Below are positions 1 to 9,388 of a stretch of 64,000 nucleotides of DNA, in pieces. The number at the start of each line of letters is the position of its first letter. Position 1 is the first letter of the stretch. A program made the position numbers and the translations under genes. The notes below the pieces were generated by a model, which made no database searches, was not told the DNA's origin, and worked only from the letters and a program-made list of their open reading frames with translations. The DNA is from Candidatus Latescibacterota bacterium (GTDB lineage: Bacteria; Latescibacterota; UBA2968), in the NCBI GenBank assembly GCA_965205975.1, contig OZ242195.1, positions 832,001 to 896,000 on the forward strand. Direction: 5' to 3'.

Positions 1-739
1 TCTGGTATTCCCTGTTCACACCTTCGGCCACTTCAAAGATATGCGTGTGCCCAGAAATGGAGATCTCATCAATCCCTGGCTCTCCGACAACAATCAAGAA
101 GCGTTTGCGCCCAAGATGGCGGAGTACTTCTACGAGTTGTCTGCCCATATCGACATCAATTGTTCCGAGTATCTGATATTGAGGATTGGCAGGATTGCAT
201 AATGGAGCGCTGAGATTGAAAATCGTCCTTCTATCAACCATTTGTCTGGCGGGCACAACTTTTTTCATTACTGGATGGTATGTGCGGGCAAATAGAAAAC
301 ACACATTCGTTCTCCTGAAAATGTCTTCCAATCGGTCGTCTTCGAAATCAAATTCGCAGTCGAGTTTCTCCAGCAAATCAAAGCTGCCATTCGGTCGCTT
401 TGAGCCTTTATTGCCGTGTTTCACAACCGGAACGCCGCCAGCAGATAAAACGAACGCGGCGGTTGTCGATACGTTGAATCGATTTAAACCGCTTCCACCT
501 GTTCCACACGAATCAATGACGTCGGAAGGGAGAGGTACAGGTCTTGCTTTGGTCAATAAAGCTCTCGAAAATCCAAGAATTTCATCCGCAGTCTCGCCCT
601 TCTCAGAGAACGCTATGAGCAGTTCTGCGATCTGTTCGTCTGGCAGGTTACTTTCCAGGATTGCACTCAAGCATTGTTCAGCCTCATCGGCCTGGAGAGA
701 TTCACCCTCTCTGAGTTTATCAATGTATTTCGAGATCAT
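1..739 (-). CDS. trpD: Anthranilate phosphoribosyltransferase (3' end runs off window)
   Basis: Not in ORF track. Manual translation from ATG 739 gives MISKYIDKLREGESL...DSCGTGGSGLNRFNVSTTAAFVLSAGGVPVVKHGNKG, carrying the TrpD GTGG, FNxST and KHGN motifs. Confidence 0.93.
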   Translation of the reverse strand, partial: MISKYIDKLREGESLQADEAEQCLSAILESNLPDEQIAELLIAFSEKGETADEILGFSRALLTKARPVPLPSDVIDSCGTGGSGLNRFNVSTTAAFVLSAGGVPVVKHGNKGSKRPNGSFDLLEKLDCEFDFEDDRLEDIFRRTNVCFLFARTYHPVMKKVVPARQMVDRRTIFNLSAPLCNPANPQYQILGTIDVDMGRQLVEVLRHLGRKRFLIVVGEPGIDEISISGHTHIFEVAEGVNREYQ

Positions 740-826
740 AGGTGGTGCTTCCTATTTACAAAAGAGCAAGAGGTAAAAGAGCGCAAGCGACGCAGCGGTA
801 GCTGGTTGTTAGACGACGATGAGCCT

Positions 827-1453
827 CTAACGATGAGAGGTATCAGGCAGAAATTCTGGACCTGGCCTCATGCTGCCTGCTGTCGGTTGATAGAACTGAT
901 CGGCTTCCAACTTGTACCATCCGAGTGGGTTGTCATCCACGTCCGCCACCTGGATCCAAAGCTCAAGTTGTGGTCGCCGAATTTCTTTCAGCGGCACTGC
1001 CTGCTCAGATAACAAATCGGCGGACACAACAACCCCATCTATTCTCAGGAATGTCCCACCCTCTGCACGATACTGGAGATATTCGATTGTATCTCCCTTT
1101 GAAAAACTAAAGGTATCGTACCCGCTACGACCTCGGTAGTAATCCGTTCTCGACAAATAGAACACTCTTCCGTACGAGGTATAGTGGATTGCGCCATCTT
1201 CCCGAGCAAGAAAGAGACCGGGCATAATGGTTCTAAAGCGGACATCGCTATACCTGATCATCTCACCTCGGGCGGGGCTAATCGTATCCGCAACACTGGC
1301 TTGCGCCGTGGGTGCAGTTCGCAGGACTATCTCATCTCCAGAAGCCTGAATCCTGTGGGGACCTTCACCCGGAAAGATACTGCATTCAAATGCTAAACCT
1401 GGCCCCAATAGTGCAGTGACAGCGAAAATTCCAAAAAAAACGGTCCTCTTCAT
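827..1453 (-). CDS. Hypothetical secreted protein
   Basis: ATG 1453 follows AAGGAG; N-terminus MKRTVFFGIFAVTALLGPGLA is signal-peptide-like. Confidence 0.7.
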   Translation of the reverse strand: MKRTVFFGIFAVTALLGPGLAFECSIFPGEGPHRIQASGDEIVLRTAPTAQASVADTISPARGEMIRYSDVRFRTIMPGLFLAREDGAIHYTSYGRVFYLSRTDYYRGRSGYDTFSFSKGDTIEYLQYRAEGGTFLRIDGVVVSADLLSEQAVPLKEIRRPQLELWIQVADVDDNPLGWYKLEADQFYQPTAGSMRPGPEFLPDTSHR

Positions 1454-1504
1454 ACGGCTCTCCTTCATAATTTCCGTGCGCCTATCAGGAGCAAGATAAA
1501 CGCT

Positions 1505-1542
1505 AAAGAAAATCCCCGTCAGATAACCTATTGAACGGGGAT
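1505..1542 (-). terminator. Intrinsic terminator
   Basis: ATCCCCGT...ACGGGGAT stem followed by TTTCTTT on the minus strand. Confidence 0.6.
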
Positions 1543-1565
1543 CTATATCAAAAAATATAGTAAAC

Positions 1566-1775
1566 TCAGGCAACTCGCTCCCTTTGTTCACTTGGATGAA
1601 GCGAAAGATACTCTCTCACCTCAAGATTCATCCGATCTATTTCAGCCAGATAGCCTCCTGCTGATAACCAATAGTTTTGTGGATTGGTTTCGACCTGTCG
1701 AAGCTTTTCTACTTGTTGCTGAAAATACTGGATGCGTTCCTTGGTCGCCTCAAGCTCCTGATCGTTCTGAATCAT
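1566..1775 (-). CDS. Small helical hypothetical protein (antitoxin-like N-terminus)
   Basis: GAGGTG SD; MIQNDQELEATKERI resembles the N-termini of small antitoxin-type proteins; no HTH evident. Confidence 0.6.
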   Translation of the reverse strand: MIQNDQELEATKERIQYFQQQVEKLRQVETNPQNYWLSAGGYLAEIDRMNLEVREYLSLHPSEQRERVA

Positions 1776-1926
1776 CGCTGATCACCTCTCGTAACAATAT
1801 AGCTTCCGATACTGGTCATTTCCAGCGAAATTTTCTCTATGTCCAAGAACAGCAAAAAAAGAATGAGATCCTAACGGCTATCCTTCGGTACCAGTACTTG
1901 TCAGAGTCCGATCTTCTGCTTCATAA

Positions 1927-2340
1927 TCAAAGCCGTTGCTGTTGCTTAAGTTGGGGGGCAATGTACTTCCGCAAGATAGGATTCAGCGGATATTTTCCTG
2001 ATTCGAGATCCTCCATAGATGCCCAGACGATCTCAAGTACCTCGTCGCCGTCTGGAACAGGTTCTCCCTCAAAATCTGTTATGTAAGCTCGAATTCTAAT
2101 TATGTACCTCTCATAGGTTCTCGGTGGGGAAGTTATACGTTCATATTCGCCGAAAAATTCAGGATCTGTGGGGGTTATGTTGAGTTCTTCCATCAACTCT
2201 CTTCGCAATGCATCCAAATCCGACTCACCGTCCTCGACTTTTCCGCCAGGCAAGAGGTAATCGTCGATGCCATCACACTTCACGAGTAAGAGGCCATCTT
2301 GCGTGATCAGAATCCCTGAGATACGATCGATAGTATTCAT
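1927..2340 (-). CDS. NUDIX hydrolase
   Basis: Nudix box GGKVEDGESDLDALRRELMEELNI; start placed at ATG 2340 after GAGG. Confidence 0.9.
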   Translation of the reverse strand: MNTIDRISGILITQDGLLLVKCDGIDDYLLPGGKVEDGESDLDALRRELMEELNITPTDPEFFGEYERITSPPRTYERYIIRIRAYITDFEGEPVPDGDEVLEIVWASMEDLESGKYPLNPILRKYIAPQLKQQQRL

Positions 2341-2446
2341 TCTTTTCCTCACAAAAGCCAGTTTACCCCTCATCCAGATTGCGATCAAAAAAACTCATAA
2401 TAGCTCTGGAATCCGGCCTATCCATATAAGCCATTTCAATGCATTC

Positions 2447-3235
2447 TCAGTCGGCAAAGTCATGGATTCTTTGATATACGCTCAATTTGGCCTGATCTAA
2501 TACCTGCCCATATTCCTGAAAAAACAAAGGAATCCACTCATCCCCAAGATTTCTGCGAATGGTGTAGTGAGCTGCGACAAAATCGAGATACCGATCTCCG
2601 ACGCCCGCATAGCCCAAATCAATGTAGCCACTTAAACAGCCATCGTGGATCATTACGTTGGGTAGGCAATAATCCCCATGGGTGAACACCAGGTCCTCTG
2701 GTGGCAGGTCGGCCCGTATGCTGTCCAGCTCATCCCGGAGAACATTCCTCGTTTCACCATCTGGTATCTGACCGTCCAGTACGCCTGAGTTAATCAAGTC
2801 TGTCGCCCACGCAAAATAGCGTTCCATGCGCCAATCCAGGGGGCACGAATCGACCGCTATTGCGTGAATTTCACGAAGACCACGAGCGAACAGGCGTACG
2901 AGACCCGGAACATCACTTTTGGCATCCTGGTGGATGCCAGATACACCAGTGATTTGGGTCATGAGCAGATACTGAGTATTATCTTCTTCGTGGAAGCAGA
3001 CCACGCGAGGCACGTTCAATTTTCCCTGGAGCCAGGACATTGCCGTTTTCTCGGACAGAAGATCGGATTCTTGTGGTGCCGCATGCGTATCTCGTGCTTT
3101 GAGGAACAAACTCTGTTTATGTGGGTGAGTGTACCGGAACACGTCGGCACACGATGCTGTCCGGAGATTTTCCCCATCTGACTTAAAACCAGCTAAATGG
3201 GCTTGGACAGCAGTTGGAAGATTTTCGACTTTCAA
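2447..3235 (-). CDS. APH(3')-family aminoglycoside phosphotransferase-like protein
   Basis: DLVFTHGDYCLPNV, GYIDLGYAGVGDRYLD and LFLK...E...MSWLQGKLNVP match APH(3') motifs; 262 aa. Confidence 0.85.
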   Translation of the reverse strand: MKVENLPTAVQAHLAGFKSDGENLRTASCADVFRYTHPHKQSLFLKARDTHAAPQESDLLSEKTAMSWLQGKLNVPRVVCFHEEDNTQYLLMTQITGVSGIHQDAKSDVPGLVRLFARGLREIHAIAVDSCPLDWRMERYFAWATDLINSGVLDGQIPDGETRNVLRDELDSIRADLPPEDLVFTHGDYCLPNVMIHDGCLSGYIDLGYAGVGDRYLDFVAAHYTIRRNLGDEWIPLFFQEYGQVLDQAKLSVYQRIHDFAD

Positions 3236-3313
3236 TGCGCAACTCCCGATCAGGCTACTCTCATCACATAACTATGGGATTAACGAACAGTTAAGGTAAT
3301 CTCAGCAGGTCGT

Positions 3314-4306
3314 TTACGTCGCTAAGATATTGTCGATTGTCTGCAGTTCGTCTTCGGTGAAATTCAGGTTGTCGAGCACACCGAGGCTGTCTTCGATTTG
3401 TTCGGGGCGGCTGGCTCCGCAAAGCGCGGTCGTGACCGCTTCTTGACGGAGGACCCAGGCGATGGCCATCTGGGCGAGGGTCTGGCCGCGGGCGCAGGCG
3501 TGGTCGTTGAGCTTGCTGATTTTGCCGAGGAATTCTTTGTTGAGGCGATTTTTGAGTGGGTGACCCGGGCGAGCGGCGCGAGAGTCTGAAGGAATGCCGT
3601 CCAGGTATTTATCCGTGAGCATGCCGCTGTTGAGGATGGAGAAGGCGATGCAGCCGATGCCTTCCTCGCGCAGTACGTCGAAGAGGCCATTGTTTTCGGG
3701 TTGTCGGGTAAGCAGGTTGTATTTGGGCTGATGGATCAGGCAGGGCGTACCCAGGTCGCGCAAAATTCGTGCCGCCTCTCTGGTTTTGTCAGGTGGATAA
3801 TTGGAGATGCCAACATAGAGGGCGCGACCTGAACGGACGGCGAAATCGAGGGCGCCCATGGTTTCTGCAAGCGGCGTGTCGGGATCGGGGCGATGGTGAT
3901 AGAAGATATCGACATAGTCTAACCCCAGGCGTTTGAGGCTTTGATCGAGGCTGGCAACGAGGTATTTCCGCGAGCCAAAATTGCCATAGGGTCCGGGCCA
4001 CATATCAAATCCGGCCTTGGTGGAGATGATCAGTTCATCCCGGTAGGGCGTCAGGTCGAGCTGGAGGATGCGGCCCAGGGTCTCTTCGGCAGAGCCATAG
4101 GGCGGTCCATAGTTGTTGGCCAGATCCAGGTGTGTGATGCCGTGGTCGAAGGCGGTGCGCACAATAGCACGCCCGGTTTCAAACACATCGATGCCGCCAA
4201 AATTATGCCACAGGCCGAGAGAGAGTAGGGGGAGTTGAATACCGCTGTTGCCGCACCGTCTATATGTCATGCTGTCGTAACGCGATTGGGACGGGAAGTC
4301 GGACAT
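3314..4306 (-). CDS. Aldo/keto reductase (YghZ/Gpr-like)
   Basis: LSLGLWHNFG, DLANNYGPPYGSAEE, STKAG, DIFYHHRPDP; start ATG 4306 after AAAGGAG. Confidence 0.92.
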   Translation of the reverse strand: MSDFPSQSRYDSMTYRRCGNSGIQLPLLSLGLWHNFGGIDVFETGRAIVRTAFDHGITHLDLANNYGPPYGSAEETLGRILQLDLTPYRDELIISTKAGFDMWPGPYGNFGSRKYLVASLDQSLKRLGLDYVDIFYHHRPDPDTPLAETMGALDFAVRSGRALYVGISNYPPDKTREAARILRDLGTPCLIHQPKYNLLTRQPENNGLFDVLREEGIGCIAFSILNSGMLTDKYLDGIPSDSRAARPGHPLKNRLNKEFLGKISKLNDHACARGQTLAQMAIAWVLRQEAVTTALCGASRPEQIEDSLGVLDNLNFTEDELQTIDNILAT

Positions 4307-4525
4307 GAAGGCTCCTTTGCTATACGTTTGCTCATTCACTATGTACCTGAAAATACCGGCATGACACTTAACATTCTTGCCGTGCCCGAACTGGGTACGG
4401 TCGTGATATATGATGTGGGATGCTTTCAATCGCTAATTAGACTGAGGTCAGGTCAAGGGCAAATGCAGCAACACGCTTGGAATGACTTTGCTCAATCTGA
4501 GACTGGCGTATTACTTTGCTAACCC

Positions 4526-5995
4526 TTACCGATTAGAGACTGCGCCTGGAGCCGGATAGCCTCTGGCCGCGTCGTCTATAACGAGAATCCAGTCATTGTC
4601 TGCGCCTGGATTTCTTGGCGGGTCAAAGGATTGGCGCGTATCATTTTGGAAGATATCGAAAGGTCTCCTGACGGCCTCCGATTGGGTGGTATAGGTAAGC
4701 CCGTCGCGTGGATTGAACCACCATGCATTCGTTGACAAGCCCGAAACTTTCGACAGATCCAAATCTACTGAATGGCCATTTGTAATATAGATAATCCAAT
4801 AGCTGTTATCAGTTGCCCGTGCGGCCTGCACACGATCATCAACGGTTCCTTCCGAAGAAAGAATAATGCTCTGATCTGGTATATGAAAAGGACGAGATTC
4901 AAAGAGTTGTCGAACAAATTTCATCTGACCTGCTCCCTCAAAGTTAAGGGCGTCATACCAGAAGAATTTGTGATGGGAACGTTTATGGATTCGATTGGGC
5001 TTATCCATCTGGTATATGCCATTTGCCCCATAAGTGAAACCAAAGGCACCGGCCAGAATGGACCAGTAGGCGCGACGGCGAAGGTGCCAAGCTGAAAACT
5101 CTCCATTCTTGAAATTATGCTTAACTGGGTGGTGTTCGTAGCAAGGTTCGGCGTCAAGAGTCGGTTTTGGCGGCGTGCGATAGTAGTCCTCCATAATCCT
5201 TTCATAGTTTTTGTTCCCAATTCTGTGCCCTGACTGAATCATATTGAAATCCAGCCAGAGTTTATTATGATAAAATTCACCCGTCGATGTCGCTGGGGGT
5301 CTATAGGTTCCTCCCGGGGGATGGTATGACATCAGGACGTTATCAGACTTTCCCTGTCCCGCACCCTCTGTAATACCCCGAGCCAATGCGTCGTACACTT
5401 TGTGCCTGGTGGGCTTGATATCGCCACCAAGTACCCAAATGATATTCTTATGACTTCTATACCTGTGACCAATAAATAGGCCGTAGCGATAAGCGCGTTC
5501 GGGATTGGAGAGCAGAATGTCTTTAGAACTATTGCGTTTCTTCTCCACATGCCCCCATGCTGGTAAAAGAGCTATATGGAGTTCCAATGATTTCGCTTTC
5601 TCAATGATAAAGTCACAGTGTTTCCAATAGTCTTCATTTGGCTTGCCACTATCTCCATCATGGAAGGCCTTGTGCCCATACGCATTTGGCCGTTCAATGT
5701 TCAAATTAAGTGCACGAGCTTGAATAACATTAAAATGTTTGCCTTTGCGGTCTTCCAAATATCTCAGAACTTCATTCCTATCAAGTTTCGCGAACAATTC
5801 CCAGGCAGTGTCTCCAAGCCAAAAGAAAGGTTCGCCATCTTCTCTAATAAGGAAGTGTCCGCTCTTATCAATTTTCAAATTCATTGATTTCTCCCATTCT
5901 TGTCCTTTAATCTGTTCAGAAAATATCATTAGTGATAGGAACAGAAAAAAAACTGATAAAAGACAGTGAGAATATCGGTTATAGTGATTCTGCAT
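4526..5995 (-). CDS. DUF4038 / GH140 apiosidase-like glycoside hydrolase, secreted
   Basis: PFFWLGDTAWEL, NIIWVLGGD, WLDFNMIQSGH, KPTLDAEPCYE, C-terminal WWFNPRDG...DWILV; hydrophobic N-terminus. Confidence 0.85.
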   Translation of the reverse strand: MQNHYNRYSHCLLSVFFLFLSLMIFSEQIKGQEWEKSMNLKIDKSGHFLIREDGEPFFWLGDTAWELFAKLDRNEVLRYLEDRKGKHFNVIQARALNLNIERPNAYGHKAFHDGDSGKPNEDYWKHCDFIIEKAKSLELHIALLPAWGHVEKKRNSSKDILLSNPERAYRYGLFIGHRYRSHKNIIWVLGGDIKPTRHKVYDALARGITEGAGQGKSDNVLMSYHPPGGTYRPPATSTGEFYHNKLWLDFNMIQSGHRIGNKNYERIMEDYYRTPPKPTLDAEPCYEHHPVKHNFKNGEFSAWHLRRRAYWSILAGAFGFTYGANGIYQMDKPNRIHKRSHHKFFWYDALNFEGAGQMKFVRQLFESRPFHIPDQSIILSSEGTVDDRVQAARATDNSYWIIYITNGHSVDLDLSKVSGLSTNAWWFNPRDGLTYTTQSEAVRRPFDIFQNDTRQSFDPPRNPGADNDWILVIDDAARGYPAPGAVSNR

Positions 5996-6025
5996 AAAGG
6001 CTCCTTTGATTATAGAATCGTTTGC

Positions 6026-6475
6026 TCACGCCTCATCGAGTAACGCCAGATGAAAGCCGTGCCAGTCGTCGAGATCGTTGAGGTCGGTGCCGAGCCACTT
6101 TGTGTCAGACTGGGGCAACCCAAGAATCTCAAGCATTTCGCTTCGGCCAGGCTCTGGCTTGGGGAACGAGAGGATGCGTTCGTTGAATTGGTCAATCGCC
6201 TCCGGCGTCAGGCTTTCCGGTTTCGCATTTTCCTTTACCCAGGCCTCGAATGCCAGGTAGCTCGGCTGCGACGCGCTTACGAAAGCGACAGCAGCGGTCG
6301 AGTCAATCCCCAGAGCTTCGAGCAGCAGGCCATCAAACCCGCCTTCGCCCGCTCTGTATTCATCTGCCAACTTGCCCTTTGCCGACAGACGCATTTTCAA
6401 CCATAGCCTCGGAAGGTGAACCAATCCCAACGGGCCCTTTGTCCGGGTGCTGATGAGAGGAACATGTGTCTCCAT
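6026..6475 (-). CDS. DUF5069-like protein
   Basis: GPLGLVHLPRLWLK and DLNDLDDW patterns. Confidence 0.7.
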   Translation of the reverse strand: METHVPLISTRTKGPLGLVHLPRLWLKMRLSAKGKLADEYRAGEGGFDGLLLEALGIDSTAAVAFVSASQPSYLAFEAWVKENAKPESLTPEAIDQFNERILSFPKPEPGRSEMLEILGLPQSDTKWLGTDLNDLDDWHGFHLALLDEA

Positions 6476-6568
6476 TGCGAGTCTCCTTATTAGTGATTAT
6501 TGTGCATGGTTTGCGGGGGTGGAATGATTGGGTAATCCAACGCTACTTTCGTGTTTCGATTGGACATT

Positions 6569-7063
6569 CTACACAAAATCAGAGGAAAGTGCTCCCAAAA
6601 ATCCAACTCGCTTTTTGGGATCCCGGTATTGAATCAGTTCATAGTGCCCAATCATAAATCCTTGTGCTTCCCAGAATTTCAAGGCTTCTGGATTGTCCCG
6701 TCGGACATTTAAATCGATCCTATCAATTCCCAGGCTATCGGTAATTTCTATGGCTGATTTTACCAGGAACGTCCCAATGCCTCTCCTGCGCCTGGCAGGA
6801 ACAACGTAGAAGTCGTTTATCTCTGCTCTGGTGCCAGATATGGAGAATGAAATAAATCCCACTGGGGATCCTTCGCTTAGCCCCCAAAATACCCTTGGTT
6901 CAGTGCTGGACAGGGGAAAACGATCTGCGAAATACGAATCCCGACTATCAGATGTACATACCGTATCGGCATGTGGCATGATCTCCAGCCAGTAAGCTTC
7001 GACGAGTGGACGAAATCGGTTCTGGTCGGCTGGAATTACCCGTTCGAATGTGAGTGCGGTCAT
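6569..7063 (-). CDS. GNAT N-acetyltransferase
   Basis: FYVVPARRRRGIGT acetyl-CoA motif; NPEALKFWEAQGF. Confidence 0.9.
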   Translation of the reverse strand: MTALTFERVIPADQNRFRPLVEAYWLEIMPHADTVCTSDSRDSYFADRFPLSSTEPRVFWGLSEGSPVGFISFSISGTRAEINDFYVVPARRRRGIGTFLVKSAIEITDSLGIDRIDLNVRRDNPEALKFWEAQGFMIGHYELIQYRDPKKRVGFLGALSSDFV

Positions 7064-7075
7064 GCGTACTCCTTA

Positions 7076-8389
7076 TCAGCCATCAAAATAACTGAGTCGA
7101 TCGCCTTCTGCTTCCCAGAGTTCTTCAAACATTTTTCGGATGTCGGGTAAAGATACGACGGATGCAGTAAGTGGGTCCAATGCACAAGCATGGAATGCCG
7201 CTTCTTTATCTTTTTCCATTGCAGCTTTGACAGAGAGTTCTTGTACGGCGATGTTGGTCATGTTTAATGCGGCGCACTGAGGCGGGAGTTCACCAACGTA
7301 ACAGGGATGAATGCCTTCTCTATCGACCATGCAGGGTACTTCAACACAGCATTCGTCGGGAAGATTGGTGATAGAGCCGCTGTTCATGACGTTGCCGTTG
7401 AAGACAAATGGGACACCTGTGATTTTTGCTTCTACGATTGAAGAAGCGTATTCGTGGGATGCTTGCAGTTTTGGGACTTCGGCTTCGGTATCGTCATCTG
7501 TGATGCCTGTGTCTTTCATCCAGGAACGTTTGCGGCCTTCGGGCAATTCCATATAGACGGGATCGCGTTCTGGCAGGTTGTAGATGTCCCGCAATTCCCG
7601 AGTGCGCTGGAAGTAGGGGAGGTATTCTGAATTATGTCGGGTGCTTTCGGTGACAAAATAGCCAAATTGCTTCATTAACTCGACCCGCACCAGGTCGTCT
7701 TTGAAACTGGGATGGGTGTCAACGGCTTTGAAGATGCGAGGGTACAGGTCTTCGCCGTCTTTGTTGAATTTTAGAATCCAGGCCTGGTGGTTAATCCCTG
7801 CAACGAGGTAACTCACATCTTCGTAGGGAACGTCAATGCCATTTGCCAGTTTTTTTGTCGTGCCCTGTACGCTGTGGCAGAGGCCGACGTTTTGGATGGA
7901 TGAACCGATAGAATGCATCCAGGTGAGCATGGCCATGGGGTTGGTATAATTTAACATGAGTGCATCGGGGCAGTGTTTTTCCATGCTTTTGCAAAATGAT
8001 AGGTGCTCGTGTGCGGTGCGAAGATAACGGAACACACCTCCTACACCTACTGTGTCGGCGACAGTTTGGTTAATGCCGTACTTTTTGGGGATGTTGATTT
8101 CAGATGCGTAGGGTTCGCCCCAATAGGCTGCGCCCCCAATGGATACGGCAGTGACGACAAAATCTGCGTCGGGCAATAATTCTTCGCGATCAGTGCTGGC
8201 GATGCATTTGCCAGGGAGCCTATGGCCATCAATGGCGCGGTTCACGTAATCGTGCACCTGAGTCAATCGCTCTTCGTTGATATCACAGAGTGCGATTGTG
8301 GAATCGTTTAATAATTCACGAGATAAAATATCGATGGACAGTCGGCTTCCGAATCCACTGCCAGCACCAATGATTACAATTTTTGTCAT
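7076..8389 (-). CDS. GH4 NAD-dependent alpha-galactosidase (MelA-like)
   Basis: IIGAGS, LNYTNPM, GLCHSVQGT, AGINH, FVTES, VEVPC. Confidence 0.92.
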   Translation of the reverse strand: MTKIVIIGAGSGFGSRLSIDILSRELLNDSTIALCDINEERLTQVHDYVNRAIDGHRLPGKCIASTDREELLPDADFVVTAVSIGGAAYWGEPYASEINIPKKYGINQTVADTVGVGGVFRYLRTAHEHLSFCKSMEKHCPDALMLNYTNPMAMLTWMHSIGSSIQNVGLCHSVQGTTKKLANGIDVPYEDVSYLVAGINHQAWILKFNKDGEDLYPRIFKAVDTHPSFKDDLVRVELMKQFGYFVTESTRHNSEYLPYFQRTRELRDIYNLPERDPVYMELPEGRKRSWMKDTGITDDDTEAEVPKLQASHEYASSIVEAKITGVPFVFNGNVMNSGSITNLPDECCVEVPCMVDREGIHPCYVGELPPQCAALNMTNIAVQELSVKAAMEKDKEAAFHACALDPLTASVVSLPDIRKMFEELWEAEGDRLSYFDG

Positions 8390-8434
8390 TAAAACCTCCA
8401 GTATTAATAGGTAATGAACTCAGCGAGTGAGGAA

Positions 8435-9289
8435 TCAGGAAAACACCGGCGCCTGGAACACATCCTCGAATTCACCGCGGTCCTTCGCCCGCTGATACTC
8501 CCACTCGTAGGGCGATTCCCTGAGCCTGTTGGGCCCGTTCCTCACATCGTGCCCGATGTCGCTTTGCCTGGGGTAATGGCTGTAGATCATGAGCCTCCGC
8601 GGACGACCGGAAATATTTGGCCTGGAGTTGTGGATCAGCACCGAATGGAAGAGCATGACAGAACCGGGCGGTGCCAACAGGTCAATTCCCCCATCGTAAT
8701 CGATCAAATCCGGTAGCACTTCCCACCCCCTTTTGTTGGGCGGTCGGTGGTGTTCCAGGTGCTGTTTGTGACTCCCCGGCCAGACGTGAAGCGGTCCGGA
8801 CGATTCGTCGTACGGATCCATGGTTACGGCCGAAGAGATGATCTCTTGCGGGTAATCCTGCGCCAGATAATACGCCCAATCGTTGTGGACCGGAAACCGG
8901 TCTTCGCGATCGACCAATGGGATGCCCTCTATCGCTTCGGGCAGCGGCTCTTTGTAGTTCAGCTTCTCCTCCATGAGAATCGGCTCGTCCCCCATGAGCT
9001 GACGCATGGGTCCGATGAGTCGTTCGTCGGCAGATACTCCGGCCAGGAATAGCGACAGGTCGTTAATGGGCTGGATCTTGCGCACCATCGGCCCGGTAGA
9101 TGTCTGCAGAATATCGAGCCGCCCGCTTTTTCGCCCGTTGGCCAGAGAAGAGTTGATGATGAGCTCGAGTATCCGGTCCGCTTCATGTTGCATGCGAGCG
9201 ACTTCCTCGGCGTTGAATGCCTGTGGGAGCACCAGGTAACCGTTCTCGCGGAAGTGCGCCAGGTCTTCGCCTGTGAGTTCCGTTTTCAC
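8435..9289 (-). CDS. Phytanoyl-CoA dioxygenase (PhyH) family 2OG-Fe(II) oxygenase
   Basis: FRENGYLVL, HND (HxD), GPLHVWPGSHK, IHNSRPN...RR. Confidence 0.9.
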   Translation of the reverse strand: MKTELTGEDLAHFRENGYLVLPQAFNAEEVARMQHEADRILELIINSSLANGRKSGRLDILQTSTGPMVRKIQPINDLSLFLAGVSADERLIGPMRQLMGDEPILMEEKLNYKEPLPEAIEGIPLVDREDRFPVHNDWAYYLAQDYPQEIISSAVTMDPYDESSGPLHVWPGSHKQHLEHHRPPNKRGWEVLPDLIDYDGGIDLLAPPGSVMLFHSVLIHNSRPNISGRPRRLMIYSHYPRQSDIGHDVRNGPNRLRESPYEWEYQRAKDRGEFEDVFQAPVFS

Positions 9290-9388
9290 TGCTATTCCCT
9301 CCTATTGAGGTGTTTGATGATGGCCATCTCAAGTTCCGAGGTGAATGATTTCTCAGGCTTCATTCTCGCTCTCCTTCCAAAGTATCTA

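Noticed and set aside
186..776. 196-aa plus-strand ORF and the many other antisense or shadow ORFs in the track
   Set aside because: They overlap confidently identified genes (here trpD) on the opposite strand or in another frame and show no motifs.
775..835. Integron attC (TCTAAC / GTTAG boxes)
   Set aside because: The boxes are in the wrong order and no extended attC hairpin forms; no intI seen.
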